Shown piece by piece: positions 6,470 through 16,541 of a DNA stretch of 21,807 nucleotides. How positions within the stretch are numbered: position 1 is the stretch's first letter; each line of letters opens with the position of its first letter. The notes beneath the pieces were generated by a model, which was given only the letters and a program-made list of their open reading frames with translations, had not been told where the DNA came from and did not search any database. The position numbers and the translations under genes are program-made. This DNA comes from Caedibacter taeniospiralis (GTDB taxonomy: Bacteria; Pseudomonadota; Gammaproteobacteria; Francisellales; Francisellaceae): NCBI RefSeq assembly GCF_002803295.2, contig NZ_PGGB02000006.1, positions 43,418 to 65,224 on the forward strand. Reading direction: 5' to 3'.

Positions 6470-8374
6470 TTATTCAACGGTTAGCACTTTCTTTTTTAGA
6501 AAACCTAACTTCTTCATGTAAATAGTCAACAGCGAAATCGCCGCAGGCGTCACCCCCTCTATACGCGATGCCTCTCCTAAGCTCGAAGGCTTTTGCGTGC
6601 CAAGTTTTTGGCGCACTTCGTTGGATAAACCTGAGACCTTTGTGTAGTCAAAATCTTTAGGGATCTGCGCATTTTCCAATGCCTGATGTGCAATGATTTC
6701 CTCATTCTGTCTGTCGATATAGCCAGCGTATTTTGCTGATATTTCGATTTGCTCAATCGCTTGCGTGTGATCAATAAACTCGCCAAGTTCAGCAATATCA
6801 GCAAGACTTTGGTAATCAACTTCAGGACGCTTAAGCAAATCAAAAAGGCTGCTTTCTTTGCTCATAGCTTTGCCAAGAAGTGCTTCCAGTTTTTCAGCTC
6901 TTATTGTCTTTGGTGTAACCCAGGTTGATTGTAACCGCATGGTTTCAGCGAGAATAGTGTTTGCTTTTGCTAAATAAATATTTTTGTCTTCATCACTTAA
7001 AAGACCAAGCTCAATGGCTTTGGGGCAAAGGCGGGTGTCGGCGTTATCTTCCCTTAGAATTAAACGATATTCAGCACGTGAGGTGAACATGCGATAGGGT
7101 TCTTGAGCTCCCTTGGTGATAAGATCATCGATCAACACCCCAATATAAGCTTCATTGCGCTTTGGCGACCAGCTCGGTTTATTCTGCACTTTAAGTGCGG
7201 CATTTAGACCTGCGATAAGTCCTTGAGCCCCTGCTTCCTCATATCCTGTAGTTCCATTGATTTGACCTGCGAAAAATAGATTTTCCACATGTTTTGTTTC
7301 CAGGCTTGGCAATAAGCCTCGCGGATCAAAAAAATCATATTCAATTGCGTAACCAGGACGCGTAATATGGGCATTTTCAAATCCCTCAATGCTACGAATA
7401 AATTGCAATTGGACATCAAAGGGGAGGGAGGTTGACATGCCATTGGGATATAACTCAATGCTGTCTAAGCCTTCGGGTTCAACAAATATCTGATGACGTT
7501 CTTTATCCGCAAAACGTACGACTTTATCTTCAATGGAGGGACAATAGCGTGGACCAATGCCTTCAATCATTCCGCCATACATCGCTGAGCGATCCAGGTT
7601 CTTAAGAATGATTTCATGCGTTTTTAAGTTGGTATAGGTAATGTGGCATGGAACCTGCTTAGGATGTTTCTGTCCCTGACTAAAAAAGGAAAAATAGGTG
7701 ATGTCTTCATCCCCAGGCTGCGTGCCCATTAATGAGAAGTTGACTGTGCGCTTATCAATGCGCGGTGGCGTACCTGTCTTTAGGCGGGCAACATCAAAGG
7801 GCAGTGTTCTGAGTTTTTGGGCCAAGGCATTTGCTGGTTGATCTCCCGCGCGTCCCCCTTGGTAATTATTAAAGCCAATATGAATTTTCCCCGCTAAAAA
7901 TGTACCAACGGTTAAAATGACGGTTTTTGCTTTAAAGGCAAGCCCCATTTGGGTGACCACACCTGTGACCTGATCGTTTTCAATCATGAGATCATCAACC
8001 GCTTGCTGGAAGATTGATAGATTAGGTTGGTTTTCCAAAGCGTGACGCACGGCAATTTTATAAAGTGTGCGATCAGCCTGAGCGCGTGTAGCGCGCACTG
8101 CAGGCCCTTTTCTGGCATTAAGCGTGCGAAATTGGATGCCTGCCTTATCAATTGCTTTTGCCATGATGCCACCTAGTGCATCAATTTCTTTGACTAAGTG
8201 ACCTTTACCGATTCCGCCAATGGCTGGGTTGCATGACATCTGCCCGAATGTGTCCATGTTGTGAGTAAGCAGTAAAGTGCTGGCACCCATGCGAGCAGCG
8301 GCGGCAGCGGCTTCGGTGCCAGCATGTCCGCCACCAACAACGATGACATCGAAAGGTTGTGGATAAAAAATCAT
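6470..8374 (-). CDS. mnmG: tRNA uridine-5-carboxymethylaminomethyl(34) synthesis enzyme MnmG (GidA)
   Basis: [62 protein letters not shown] is diagnostic. Start placed at the internal Met (CAT at 8372-8374) that immediately precedes the conserved FAD-binding N-terminus; the track ORF extends to 8437. Confidence 0.97.
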   Translation of the reverse strand: MIFYPQPFDVIVVGGGHAGTEAAAAAARMGASTLLLTHNMDTFGQMSCNPAIGGIGKGHLVKEIDALGGIMAKAIDKAGIQFRTLNARKGPAVRATRAQADRTLYKIAVRHALENQPNLSIFQQAVDDLMIENDQVTGVVTQMGLAFKAKTVILTVGTFLAGKIHIGFNNYQGGRAGDQPANALAQKLRTLPFDVARLKTGTPPRIDKRTVNFSLMGTQPGDEDITYFSFFSQGQKHPKQVPCHITYTNLKTHEIILKNLDRSAMYGGMIEGIGPRYCPSIEDKVVRFADKERHQIFVEPEGLDSIELYPNGMSTSLPFDVQLQFIRSIEGFENAHITRPGYAIEYDFFDPRGLLPSLETKHVENLFFAGQINGTTGYEEAGAQGLIAGLNAALKVQNKPSWSPKRNEAYIGVLIDDLITKGAQEPYRMFTSRAEYRLILREDNADTRLCPKAIELGLLSDEDKNIYLAKANTILAETMRLQSTWVTPKTIRAEKLEALLGKAMSKESSLFDLLKRPEVDYQSLADIAELGEFIDHTQAIEQIEISAKYAGYIDRQNEEIIAHQALENAQIPKDFDYTKVSGLSNEVRQKLGTQKPSSLGEASRIEGVTPAAISLLTIYMKKLGFLKKKVLTVE

Positions 8375-8574
8375 AAGTAAATCAGATCGCAAAATAGACT
8401 GATGCGCATCATATAGAAAAATGGTTTGAATGTCCACGGTCTTTAAATTGCCTAAGCGGTCAGCATTTATCCCTCAAATAGCGGTGAAACTGCTTGAATA
8501 TAAGTGGGTTTATGAATTAGGATGTCCGGGCAGTATTAGGCTAGATAGAAGCGGTTTTAGATTAAGAAATTGAA

Positions 8575-9312
8575 ATGACAGAACACAAACATAAGCTCAT
8601 CGCAACTCATTTAGGTAAATCCTATCGCTCTCGCTGGGTTGTTGTCGATGTGTCGATGGAAGTCAATACAGGAGAGATTGTTGGGTTATTAGGTCCTAAT
8701 GGTGCGGGGAAAACCACCTCTTTTTACATGATTGTGGGTTTAGTTCGTCCCAATCGAGGTAATGTTTTTTTGGACGGAAAAGATGTTACAAAATTACCAA
8801 TTCACTGGCGTGCGCGTCAAGGAATTGGTTATTTGCCACAAGAGGCTTCCGTTTTTAGAAAATTAAGTGTCGAGAAGAACATTCTGGCGATTTTAGAAAC
8901 GCGCAAAGAGTTGTCCAAAGAACATCGCCAGGATGAGCTCGAGTCCCTATTGGATGAATTTAGTATTCAACATATTCGTAATAGTCTTGGGATGAGTCTA
9001 TCGGGGGGGGAGCGCAGGCGTGTGGAAATCGCAAGAGCTTTGGCAATGTCACCACGATTTATTTTGTTGGATGAGCCTTTTGCAGGGGTAGATCCTATTT
9101 CAGTGATCGATATCAAAAAAATTATTATGCACCTAAAAAATAGAGGCATTGGTGTTTTGATTACGGATCATAATGTGCGTGAAACACTCGATATTTGTGA
9201 ACGCGCCTATATTGTTAATGCAGGCAAAATGATTGCTTCGGGAAAACCAAGTGACATTTTAAGAAACGAGCAAGTCAGAAAGGTTTATTTGGGCGAGCAG
9301 TTTAGAATGTAA
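8575..9312 (+). CDS. lptB: LPS export ABC transporter ATP-binding protein LptB
   Basis: [91 protein letters not shown] and [16 protein letters not shown] are LptB-specific. Confidence 0.96.
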   Translation: MTEHKHKLIATHLGKSYRSRWVVVDVSMEVNTGEIVGLLGPNGAGKTTSFYMIVGLVRPNRGNVFLDGKDVTKLPIHWRARQGIGYLPQEASVFRKLSVEKNILAILETRKELSKEHRQDELESLLDEFSIQHIRNSLGMSLSGGERRRVEIARALAMSPRFILLDEPFAGVDPISVIDIKKIIMHLKNRGIGVLITDHNVRETLDICERAYIVNAGKMIASGKPSDILRNEQVRKVYLGEQFRM

Positions 9313-10254
9313 ATGGATATTGGGCTTATGCATTATTCTGTACTATTAGATGAATCAATCAAATCGCTTGCAATCAGGGGTGGTGGTATTTATATTGATG
9401 GCACTTTTGGTCGAGGTGGGCATTCACGTCGAATTTTAACAGGCTTAACAGCTGGGCATCTGATTGCTTTTGATCGAGATCTTGCTGCCATTGATTATGC
9501 AAAAGTACATTTCGCTCAAGCGCTTCAAAGCAACCAACTAAGCTTAGTGCATGCACCATTTTCGACCATGGCGCAACACGTAGAGTCACTTGGTTTGACT
9601 GGGAAAGTTGATGGAATTTTACTCGATCTTGGCGTGTCGTCGCCACAATTAGATGAAGCTTCTCGTGGATTTAGTTTTATGAAGGATGGTCCTTTGGATA
9701 TGCGCATGGATCAAACCAAAGGTTTGTCAGCCTACGATGTCATCAGTAGTTATAGCGATGAAGATTTGGCAAAAATCTTTCGCGATTATGCTGAGGAAAA
9801 GCATGCCTGGAGGATCGCCCAAACGATTAAAAGGGCACTTTCTGAGGGGCAGGTATTGGATAGTACCTTAAAACTTGCTCAGCTGATTGAGAAAACCATC
9901 GGCAAAAAGGAAAAAAAACATCCCGCAACACGCTGTTTCCAAGCGCTTAGGATTTGCGTGAATGAGGAGTTAGAGGAACTGTCAAAAGCGCTTATGAACG
10001 CATTTCAAATTTTATGCGTATCAGGACGTTTAGCAGTAATTAGCTTTCACTCACTTGAAGACAGAATAGTGAAGCAGTTTATGACCGAATTGATTAAGGG
10101 GAAACAACAGCATGTACCTCGTGGTATGCCAATACTTGAGGTTTTTAAACCAAAGGCACGGTGGATTGTGAAGCAAGGTAAATCAGGGGCAAAGGAGCTC
10201 AATGAGAACACGCGCTCACGCAGTGCTATTTTAAGAGTCATTGAAAAGGTGTGA
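9313..10254 (+). CDS. rsmH: 16S rRNA (cytosine(1402)-N(4))-methyltransferase RsmH (MraW)
   Basis: HYSVLLDESIKSLAI...GIYIDGTFGRGGHSRRIL...DGILLDLGVSSPQLDEASRGFSFMKDGPLDMRMD...; RLAVISFHSLEDRIVKQFM. The start may be the ATG at 9328 (MHYSVLLDE) rather than 9313. Confidence 0.97.
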   Translation: MDIGLMHYSVLLDESIKSLAIRGGGIYIDGTFGRGGHSRRILTGLTAGHLIAFDRDLAAIDYAKVHFAQALQSNQLSLVHAPFSTMAQHVESLGLTGKVDGILLDLGVSSPQLDEASRGFSFMKDGPLDMRMDQTKGLSAYDVISSYSDEDLAKIFRDYAEEKHAWRIAQTIKRALSEGQVLDSTLKLAQLIEKTIGKKEKKHPATRCFQALRICVNEELEELSKALMNAFQILCVSGRLAVISFHSLEDRIVKQFMTELIKGKQQHVPRGMPILEVFKPKARWIVKQGKSGAKELNENTRSRSAILRVIEKV

Positions 10255-10255
10255 T

Positions 10256-10582
10256 ATGACGCGAGCTGAAGTGCGAGTCAAGCTATTTGAATCCTTTGTC
10301 AAAAGCACCATGAATCTCAAGGTGTTGTCAGCTTTTATGCTGTGCGTGTTGTTGCTTATTTCTGCTTTTATGGTGGTTGCGGTGAAGTATCAGCATAAAG
10401 TGGCGCTGGATAAAGAGCAAAAGCTTTTATACAGCCAGGAAGACTTACGCGATCAATGGACACAAATTTTGATTGAGCACAGTACTTTAGCGTCACCATC
10501 GCATGTAGATGAGGTGGCAAAGGAAAATCATATGCACTTGCCAACGATCAAAGAGATTAGAGTGATTCAAAGCAATGGCTAA
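10256..10582 (+). CDS. ftsL: Cell division protein FtsL
   Basis: Small bitopic protein between rsmH and ftsI; single TM segment followed by coiled-coil region and 'ENHMHLPTIKEIRVIQ' near the C-terminus. ATG at 10256, 1 bp after the rsmH stop (track start 10241). Confidence 0.85.
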   Translation: MTRAEVRVKLFESFVKSTMNLKVLSAFMLCVLLLISAFMVVAVKYQHKVALDKEQKLLYSQEDLRDQWTQILIEHSTLASPSHVDEVAKENHMHLPTIKEIRVIQSNG

Positions 10583-12263
10583 GATAAAATCAAGTTGGCG
10601 TTACTACTTCATTGTTATGTTGATTATAACCGTCATTGGACTTTTGCTTTATAGGCTTAGTCATATGCAAACTGTTGAATATAACAAGCTTAAAAAGGAA
10701 GGTGATAACCGCTCCGAACGCACGCTAACAACCACAGCTTATCGTGGCATGATCAGTGATCGAAATTGTAAGCCTTTAGCAATTAGCACTCCTGTGGATT
10801 CGATTTGGGTAGATCCATTTTTTATCAAAAGTGATGATCTAAAATTGCTTAAAATTCTCAGTATGCTTGAACTATCTGACGCGCAGAAAGAGAACATTAT
10901 TTTGCGCATCAAGGCACGTGAAGGACGCAGTGGGTTTGTGTACTTAAAGCGTCAGGTTTCCCCGTTTGTTGCTCAGGAAGTTGAAGCCATGATGCTTAAA
11001 GGAGTAAAGGTTGAACGTGAATTTAAACGCTTCTATCCAGATGCCGAGGTGATGGCGCACGTGGTGGGTTTTACCAATATCGATGATAAAGGACAAGAAG
11101 GCATCGAGCTGCAATATGATAATTATTTGACAGGTGAAGATGGTAGGCGCTCAATCCAGAGAGATTTAAAGGGGGGGGTTGCGCGTAAAAATGCCGATGA
11201 TCTTGAAGCTAGGCATGGGCAGGACATCAGTCTTAGCATAGATCGTAAGCTTCAATATATCGCCTATAAATATATTAAAGAAGGAGTTATTAATAACCAT
11301 GCTGAAGCAGGCTATGCCGTGATCATTGATGTTAAAACAGGGGAAATTTTGGCGATGGTGAATTATCCTTCGTATAATCCCAACAATATGAGTGATGCCA
11401 TTCCTCAAAAACGCAGAAACAGGGTACTGACAGACGTATATGAGCCTGGGTCGGTGATGAAACCATTTGCTGCCATTGCTGGCATGGAGTCAGGAAAATA
11501 TGATGTTGATACCCTTGTAGACACCTCGCCAGGGTTTTATAAACTCAATGGGCGAACGGTAAGGGACTTTCGTAATTATGGTGAAATGGATCTGCGCCAT
11601 ATTCTCATGAAGTCATCCAATGTGGGTATTTCAAGGATTGTTTTGTCGATTGACGCCAATGCGTTAGCGGATACCCTAAGAAAGTTTGGCTTTGGGCAGA
11701 TCACGAAAATCAACTTTCCAGGAGAGCGATCAGGTTATGTGCCAAGTCCGCGTAAATGGGGGGATTTTCCCTTAGCCACCCTATCCTTTGGTTATGGTAT
11801 GAATGCAACTGCCTTGCAAATTGCTACCGCTTATAGCGCCATTGCAAACAGAGGAAAATTGATTCCACCGACTTTGCTGAAGCGTAATGAAAATGAAACA
11901 ATTCAGGGTTATCAGGTCATTAATAGCGAGATTGCTGAGAAAACAATCGACATGCTAACTTCGGTGGTTGAAGGTTTGGGGGGGACAGCATCAAAGGCTC
12001 AGGTGCCTCAATACCATGTTGCGGGTAAAACTGGAACGGTGCGTAAGGCGATCGCAGGAGGGTATGCTTCTGATAGTTACATAGCAACCTTTGTAGGAAT
12101 TGCGCCTTCGTCAAACCCTGAGATTGTGACGGTCGTGGTGATCGATGATCCCAAAGGGGAGGCCTATGGTGGTGGTTCGGCAGCAGCCCCTATTTTTGCC
12201 CAAATTACTCAACATGTCTTACGGGTTATGGGAGTGCCTCCAGATAAGCTCAGGCGTCCATGA
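10575..12263 (+). CDS. ftsI: Peptidoglycan D,D-transpeptidase FtsI (PBP3)
   Basis: Short cytoplasmic N-terminus with TM, pedestal domain, SXXK (EPGSVMKPF), SSN (MKSSNVGIS), KTG (VAGKTGTVRKA). Overlaps ftsL by 8 bp. Confidence 0.96.
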   Translation: MAKIKSSWRYYFIVMLIITVIGLLLYRLSHMQTVEYNKLKKEGDNRSERTLTTTAYRGMISDRNCKPLAISTPVDSIWVDPFFIKSDDLKLLKILSMLELSDAQKENIILRIKAREGRSGFVYLKRQVSPFVAQEVEAMMLKGVKVEREFKRFYPDAEVMAHVVGFTNIDDKGQEGIELQYDNYLTGEDGRRSIQRDLKGGVARKNADDLEARHGQDISLSIDRKLQYIAYKYIKEGVINNHAEAGYAVIIDVKTGEILAMVNYPSYNPNNMSDAIPQKRRNRVLTDVYEPGSVMKPFAAIAGMESGKYDVDTLVDTSPGFYKLNGRTVRDFRNYGEMDLRHILMKSSNVGISRIVLSIDANALADTLRKFGFGQITKINFPGERSGYVPSPRKWGDFPLATLSFGYGMNATALQIATAYSAIANRGKLIPPTLLKRNENETIQGYQVINSEIAEKTIDMLTSVVEGLGGTASKAQVPQYHVAGKTGTVRKAIAGGYASDSYIATFVGIAPSSNPEIVTVVVIDDPKGEAYGGGSAAAPIFAQITQHVLRVMGVPPDKLRRP

Positions 12264-12397
12264 ACTTCTTCCCCAGAAACCCCGTAAAATGATTTACGAT
12301 GGGTATAAATCTGCTAATTTACATTTGGTTTTTAGCCTTTTGCTTGTTATATTCCGCGAGGAAATTGGCTTTTTGTTGATTTTAAACAGAAGTATAT

Positions 12398-12443
12398 ACC
12401 ATTCTGTAAACCTGACTACACTGGAGTAGTCAGGTAAAATGGT
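12398..12443. repeat. Hairpin: outer ACCATT/AATGGT and inner perfect 9-bp stem CCTGACTAC-ACTGGA-GTAGTCAGG upstream of ald
   Basis: Read from sequence: inner stem 12411-12419/12426-12434, outer stem 12398-12403/12438-12443; no adjacent T-run. Confidence 0.6.
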
Positions 12444-12489
12444 TTATGAGTGGTATCAGTTTAAAGATTAATTGTGGAGAGAGTAATAA

Positions 12490-13629
12490 ATGATTGTTGG
12501 GATTCCTAAAGAGATTAAAAACCATGAGTATCGCGTTGGATTAACTCCTGGAAATGTCGCCGAATTTATTCAGCATGGACACACGGTATTGGTCGAGAAT
12601 AATGCAGGAGATGCGATTGGATTTACCAATGAGGATTACATCACAGCAGGGGCTAAGATTGTGTCAGCAGCTGAAGAAATGTTTGCCAAGGCGGATATGA
12701 TCATCAAGGTTAAAGAACCTCAGCCGAATGAATGTAAAATGCTGCGTAAAGGGCAGCTGTTGTTTACCTACCTGCATCTGGCACCAGATCCACAGCAGAC
12801 CAGACTTCTCCTTGAATCTGGCTGCACTGCCATTGCCTATGAAATGGTAACCGACAAAAAGGGTCGCTTGCCATTATTAACCCCGATGAGCGAGGTCGCA
12901 GGACGCCTGTCTGTTCAGGCAGGAGCGCATTGTTTGGAAAAAGCACAAGGTGGCAGTGGGGTATTGCTAGGTGGTGTTCCAGGTGTGAAGTCTGCCAAAG
13001 TTGTCGTGATTGGTGGCGGTGTGGTTGGATTAAATGCCATTCGTATGGCGATTGGCATGGAAGCACATGTAACGGTTTTGGATAAGTCTTTAGATCGTTT
13101 ACGTGAACTCGATGATTACTTTGGACCTAAACTCAATTGCATATATGCGACAAAAGATAATCTTGAGAAATATGTTCAGGAAGCAGATTTGGTGATCGGT
13201 GCGGTGCTGGTTCCAGGAGCAGCAGCTCCAAAGCTTGTGACTAAAGAGATGATTAAGGCGATGAAAAAGGGCTCGGTTGTCGTTGATGTTGCCATCGATC
13301 AAGGTGGCTGTTTTGAAACCTCAAAACCAACGACGCATCAAAATCCGACCTATGTAGTGGATGGGGTGGTGCATTACTGTGTTGCCAATATGCCAGGAGC
13401 AGTGGCAAGAACATCAACAGTAGCACTTAATAATGCGACCTTACCTTTTGCTTTGGAGTTAGCCGATAAGGGGTATCACCAGGCAATTCATGATAATGTT
13501 CACTTGGAGCATGGTTTGAGTGTACATCGCGGGATGCTGACTTCATTGCCTGTTGCTGACGCCCTTAATATGACCTATGTTGCCCCAAAGGAAGCTTTAG
13601 CTATGCGTGATCAGGCAATCTCGGCATAA
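12490..13629 (+). CDS. ald: Alanine dehydrogenase
   Basis: [26 protein letters not shown]...; [33 protein letters not shown]; [20 protein letters not shown]; [34 protein letters not shown]-like GGAGAG upstream of the ATG. Confidence 0.97.
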   Translation: MIVGIPKEIKNHEYRVGLTPGNVAEFIQHGHTVLVENNAGDAIGFTNEDYITAGAKIVSAAEEMFAKADMIIKVKEPQPNECKMLRKGQLLFTYLHLAPDPQQTRLLLESGCTAIAYEMVTDKKGRLPLLTPMSEVAGRLSVQAGAHCLEKAQGGSGVLLGGVPGVKSAKVVVIGGGVVGLNAIRMAIGMEAHVTVLDKSLDRLRELDDYFGPKLNCIYATKDNLEKYVQEADLVIGAVLVPGAAAPKLVTKEMIKAMKKGSVVVDVAIDQGGCFETSKPTTHQNPTYVVDGVVHYCVANMPGAVARTSTVALNNATLPFALELADKGYHQAIHDNVHLEHGLSVHRGMLTSLPVADALNMTYVAPKEALAMRDQAISA

Positions 13630-14040
13630 ACCTTTGATTTCAATGGCGTGATCGGTGATTGTGAAACCATCTTCTTTAGTCAATACCTGTAATCGCTCTT
13701 CAAGTGACACATCGTGGCGTTCCTTTTTATTGCCACAAGTGTTGCAAATAAACAGCTGGCATATCTTTTTTTCGGGGTGGCAGCACAAACTGTAAGTGTT
13801 ATTAGAATAGATCTTGTGAATCAGTTCATTTTTCTGCAAAAAATCCAACACGCGGTAAAGAGACATAATATTGTAGTGCTTATTGCTTTCTTCTGCTTTG
13901 TTAAGCTTATCCTGTAAATCGTAGGCGCTAACAGGTTGTACTTGTTGTGCCAGCATGTCAATGACGCGCCAACGCAAGCTGGTTAGTTTGATATTTTGTG
14001 CTAAACAAAATGCTTCGATATGTGCTAGATGTGCCTTCAT
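13597..14040 (-). CDS. zur: Fur-family zinc uptake regulator Zur
   Basis: Fur-family winged-helix N-terminus (KLTSLRWRVIDMLAQ...SAYDLQDKL), CNTCG and CRDC zinc-binding cysteine pairs, location directly downstream of znuB in the same orientation. Confidence 0.88.
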   Translation of the reverse strand: MKAHLAHIEAFCLAQNIKLTSLRWRVIDMLAQQVQPVSAYDLQDKLNKAEESNKHYNIMSLYRVLDFLQKNELIHKIYSNNTYSLCCHPEKKICQLFICNTCGNKKERHDVSLEERLQVLTKEDGFTITDHAIEIKGLCRDCLITHS

Positions 14041-14046
14041 AATCAG

Positions 14047-14841
14047 TTAGTTCATAAGCAAATTCTTAATGAGTCCGATTAAATATATCCCACAGATGAG
14101 CATGGTAATACAAAAACTTGCGGGCAAGTTTGCATAAAAGGCTAAACACAAAGCACCCCAGACACTGAAAAGCGAGATTAAAATACTCAGTAACATGCTC
14201 TGATAGAAGCCATCACACCACTGAAATGCGCATGCCGCAGGACCAATAAGTAACGCGAAAACCAATAACACACCCACGATCTGACAAGCCATCGTGACTG
14301 TCAATGCCAGTGTAATAAAAAAAAGCATGGACAGCAGTTTGTTTGGGATATTTTGAGCACGTGCAATAACAGGGTCGATGGAGGTGAAAAACAGCGCTCT
14401 GGCGATTAAGGCTAATATGCTGATGATAATTACTGCCAATAGGATAAGCGTCATAATCTGTGTGTATGATACGGTTAAGATATTGCCAAATAAGATTGAC
14501 ATAATTGAACCAGAGTAACCTGTTTGGTACAGGTACAAGAAATAAGCCCCAAGTCCTAAAAAGAAGGTCAGGACAATACCTACGGCTAAATCATTTTTTT
14601 TGATTTTATCTCCCATGGCACCCATAATGCTTGCTGCAATAATGTTGGCAATGAGCTGACCACTCATGGCGGATAAACCAAGAAGCACGGCACCTGACGC
14701 CCCTGTTAGACTGATGTGACTTAAGCCGTGGGCCGCGAAGGCTGCCTTGCGAAGCACCACAAAGAAGCTTACGATGCCAGAGATAATAGCGATTAAACTG
14801 CCGGCGATAAAAGCGTTTTGCATAAAGTTATAAGATAACAC
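14047..14841 (-). CDS. znuB: Zinc ABC transporter permease ZnuB
   Basis: MQNAFIAGSLIAIISGIVSFFVVLRKAAFAAHGLSHISLTGASGAVLLG, multi-TM ABC-3 family permease. Start could be the Met at 14823. Confidence 0.9.
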   Translation of the reverse strand: MLSYNFMQNAFIAGSLIAIISGIVSFFVVLRKAAFAAHGLSHISLTGASGAVLLGLSAMSGQLIANIIAASIMGAMGDKIKKNDLAVGIVLTFFLGLGAYFLYLYQTGYSGSIMSILFGNILTVSYTQIMTLILLAVIIISILALIARALFFTSIDPVIARAQNIPNKLLSMLFFITLALTVTMACQIVGVLLVFALLIGPAACAFQWCDGFYQSMLLSILISLFSVWGALCLAFYANLPASFCITMLICGIYLIGLIKNLLMN

Positions 14842-15538
14842 TGCGATCCTCCTTCAGGCACGGCATTTTCTGGCATAAATGGATATGTTGATTTTTGAAA
14901 TGGATAAAATTATCCAGCTCATGCGCTATCTCGTGCATGTCGTGAGAGATGATTAATAGTGTTACATTGTGCTGAATATGGATTTTCTTAAGCGCATGGA
15001 TAAAGTCCTGCTTTGCTTGGGGATCAAGATCAGATAAGGGTTCATCAAGCAGCAGAAGCCTGGGTTTATTGATTAGTGCCTGGGCGAGATACACGCGTTT
15101 TTTCTGTCCTCCTGAGAGGGTTTCAAAGGGTTTATGTGCATAAGCTTCGGCACCAACCAGGTTAAAGATCTCTTTGATACAGATGTCAATGTGTCGCCCA
15201 AATGCTGGAAGTCCGAGTCTGTTAGCATTAAAGCTGGCCTTCACAAGCGTTATGGCTGAAATATTTGGATTTAAGTTGAGTTCACGCTCCTGCGGAATAT
15301 AGCTGATCCACTGATTTTTTTTGCCAGGGGGGTGTCCAAAGACACTCAACTTTCCAGAAACTGGGGGAATGAACCCAAGAATATTTTTTAGGAGTGTCGA
15401 CTTCCCTATGCCGTTTTCTCCAACAACGCCAAGCCATTGATGCTCTTTTATGTTTAACTCAAAAGGTTTACAAAGAGCTTTATGTTCTGAGTGACCGATC
15501 ACTAAGGATTGGCACTGTATGATCCATTGGTTTGTCAT
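14828..15538 (-). CDS. znuC: Zinc ABC transporter ATP-binding protein ZnuC
   Basis: Walker A GVVGENGIGKSTLLK, signature LSGGQKKRVYLAQAL, Walker B LLLLDEPLSDLD; adjacent to znuB. Confidence 0.9.
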   Translation of the reverse strand: MTNQWIIQCQSLVIGHSEHKALCKPFELNIKEHQWLGVVGENGIGKSTLLKNILGFIPPVSGKLSVFGHPPGKKNQWISYIPQERELNLNPNISAITLVKASFNANRLGLPAFGRHIDICIKEIFNLVGAEAYAHKPFETLSGGQKKRVYLAQALINKPRLLLLDEPLSDLDPQAKQDFIHALKKIHIQHNVTLLIISHDMHEIAHELDNFIHFKNQHIHLCQKMPCLKEDRSVIL

Positions 15539-15575
15539 GTTAATACAGACCCGCTAATTATTTATGATGGTTTCA

Positions 15576-16505
15576 TCAGTACTTTTTTTTGGCGTTTTGG
15601 TCTTGTAATGGCGTTGCTGTCTTGGGTTTTGGGGCGCTTGCCACCTCCAAAGCCTTTTGGGTATCATCAAGGTTAGACTTAAGCCAGGTGATGACATTAT
15701 CTTTTTGTGGCATGGTTTCTGAAACCCCAACAGTTGGAATCTGGTTGTTTTTGGCAAGATTGATGATGCTTTCGGTCACGTTATTGTGCACCTGTTGATT
15801 GTAAAATAGTACATTGACTTTATGTTGTTTGAACAAATTTTGATAATCTACCAGCATTTTGGGGCTTGCCTCGGCACCGTTCATCACCGTCCATTGGAAC
15901 TTTTGCCCTAGCATCTTTAAGCTTAAAGCATCTGCCATATAACCAAAAACAGGTTCGGTTGCCGTAACTGGAGTTCCCGCAAAACGTGCCTTAATATCGT
16001 TGATTTTGCTATAAATACTCTGGTAGCGCTCACTAAAGGTCTGGTTGTTTAATTCAAAAGTTTTTTTGTGTTGAGGCTCAATTTGACTAAAAACCGCGGT
16101 CAGTTTTTTGGCTAAAGCAGGAAAAGTGTTTGGGTTATACCACAAGTGAGGGTTGTCTCCACTTTTGGCATCCATAAGCCTGGCAACCTCAATGATGGCA
16201 ACTTTGTTATTATTGGCTTGTGCGTTGAGAAGTTGCATCACCCAAGGGTCATAATCAGCACCATTGTAGATAATTACTTGAGCATCATTGATGGCAATTG
16301 CAGTGCCTGCTGAAGTGGTAAAAAGATGAGGATCTGCATCGGGATTATTGATAATACTGTTAGTGGTCACGTAGTCCCCACCAATTAAACTAGCGACATT
16401 GGCGTAGAAGTTTTCTGCAGCGACCACTTTGATTCCCGCATGAACATTTGTCAGTGAAAGCATTAAAGTACTGGCTAAAGTAAGGCGTGCGAATTTATTA
16501 AACAT
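15576..16505 (-). CDS. znuA: Metal (probably zinc) ABC transporter periplasmic substrate-binding protein, ZnuA/TroA family
   Basis: Signal peptide, VVAAENFYANVASLIGGDYV, DPHLF and NPHLWYNP metal-ligand histidine motifs, TEPVFGYMADAL; first gene of a znuA-znuC-znuB-zur unit. Lacks an obvious His-rich loop. Confidence 0.87.
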   Translation of the reverse strand: MFNKFARLTLASTLMLSLTNVHAGIKVVAAENFYANVASLIGGDYVTTNSIINNPDADPHLFTTSAGTAIAINDAQVIIYNGADYDPWVMQLLNAQANNNKVAIIEVARLMDAKSGDNPHLWYNPNTFPALAKKLTAVFSQIEPQHKKTFELNNQTFSERYQSIYSKINDIKARFAGTPVTATEPVFGYMADALSLKMLGQKFQWTVMNGAEASPKMLVDYQNLFKQHKVNVLFYNQQVHNNVTESIINLAKNNQIPTVGVSETMPQKDNVITWLKSNLDDTQKALEVASAPKPKTATPLQDQNAKKKY

Positions 16506-16541
16506 AAAGATAATCCTTTGGTGACTGAAGTTGTATTTGGC

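Noticed and set aside
6577-8172. Plus-strand ORFs inside mnmG (6577-6843, 7204-7458, 7984-8172)
   Set aside because: Fully antisense to the unmistakable mnmG; no independent domain signature.
12145-12429. 94-aa ORF spanning the ftsI 3' end and intergenic gap
   Set aside because: Mostly overlaps ftsI in another frame, shows no resemblance to MurE or any known family, and includes half of the hairpin.
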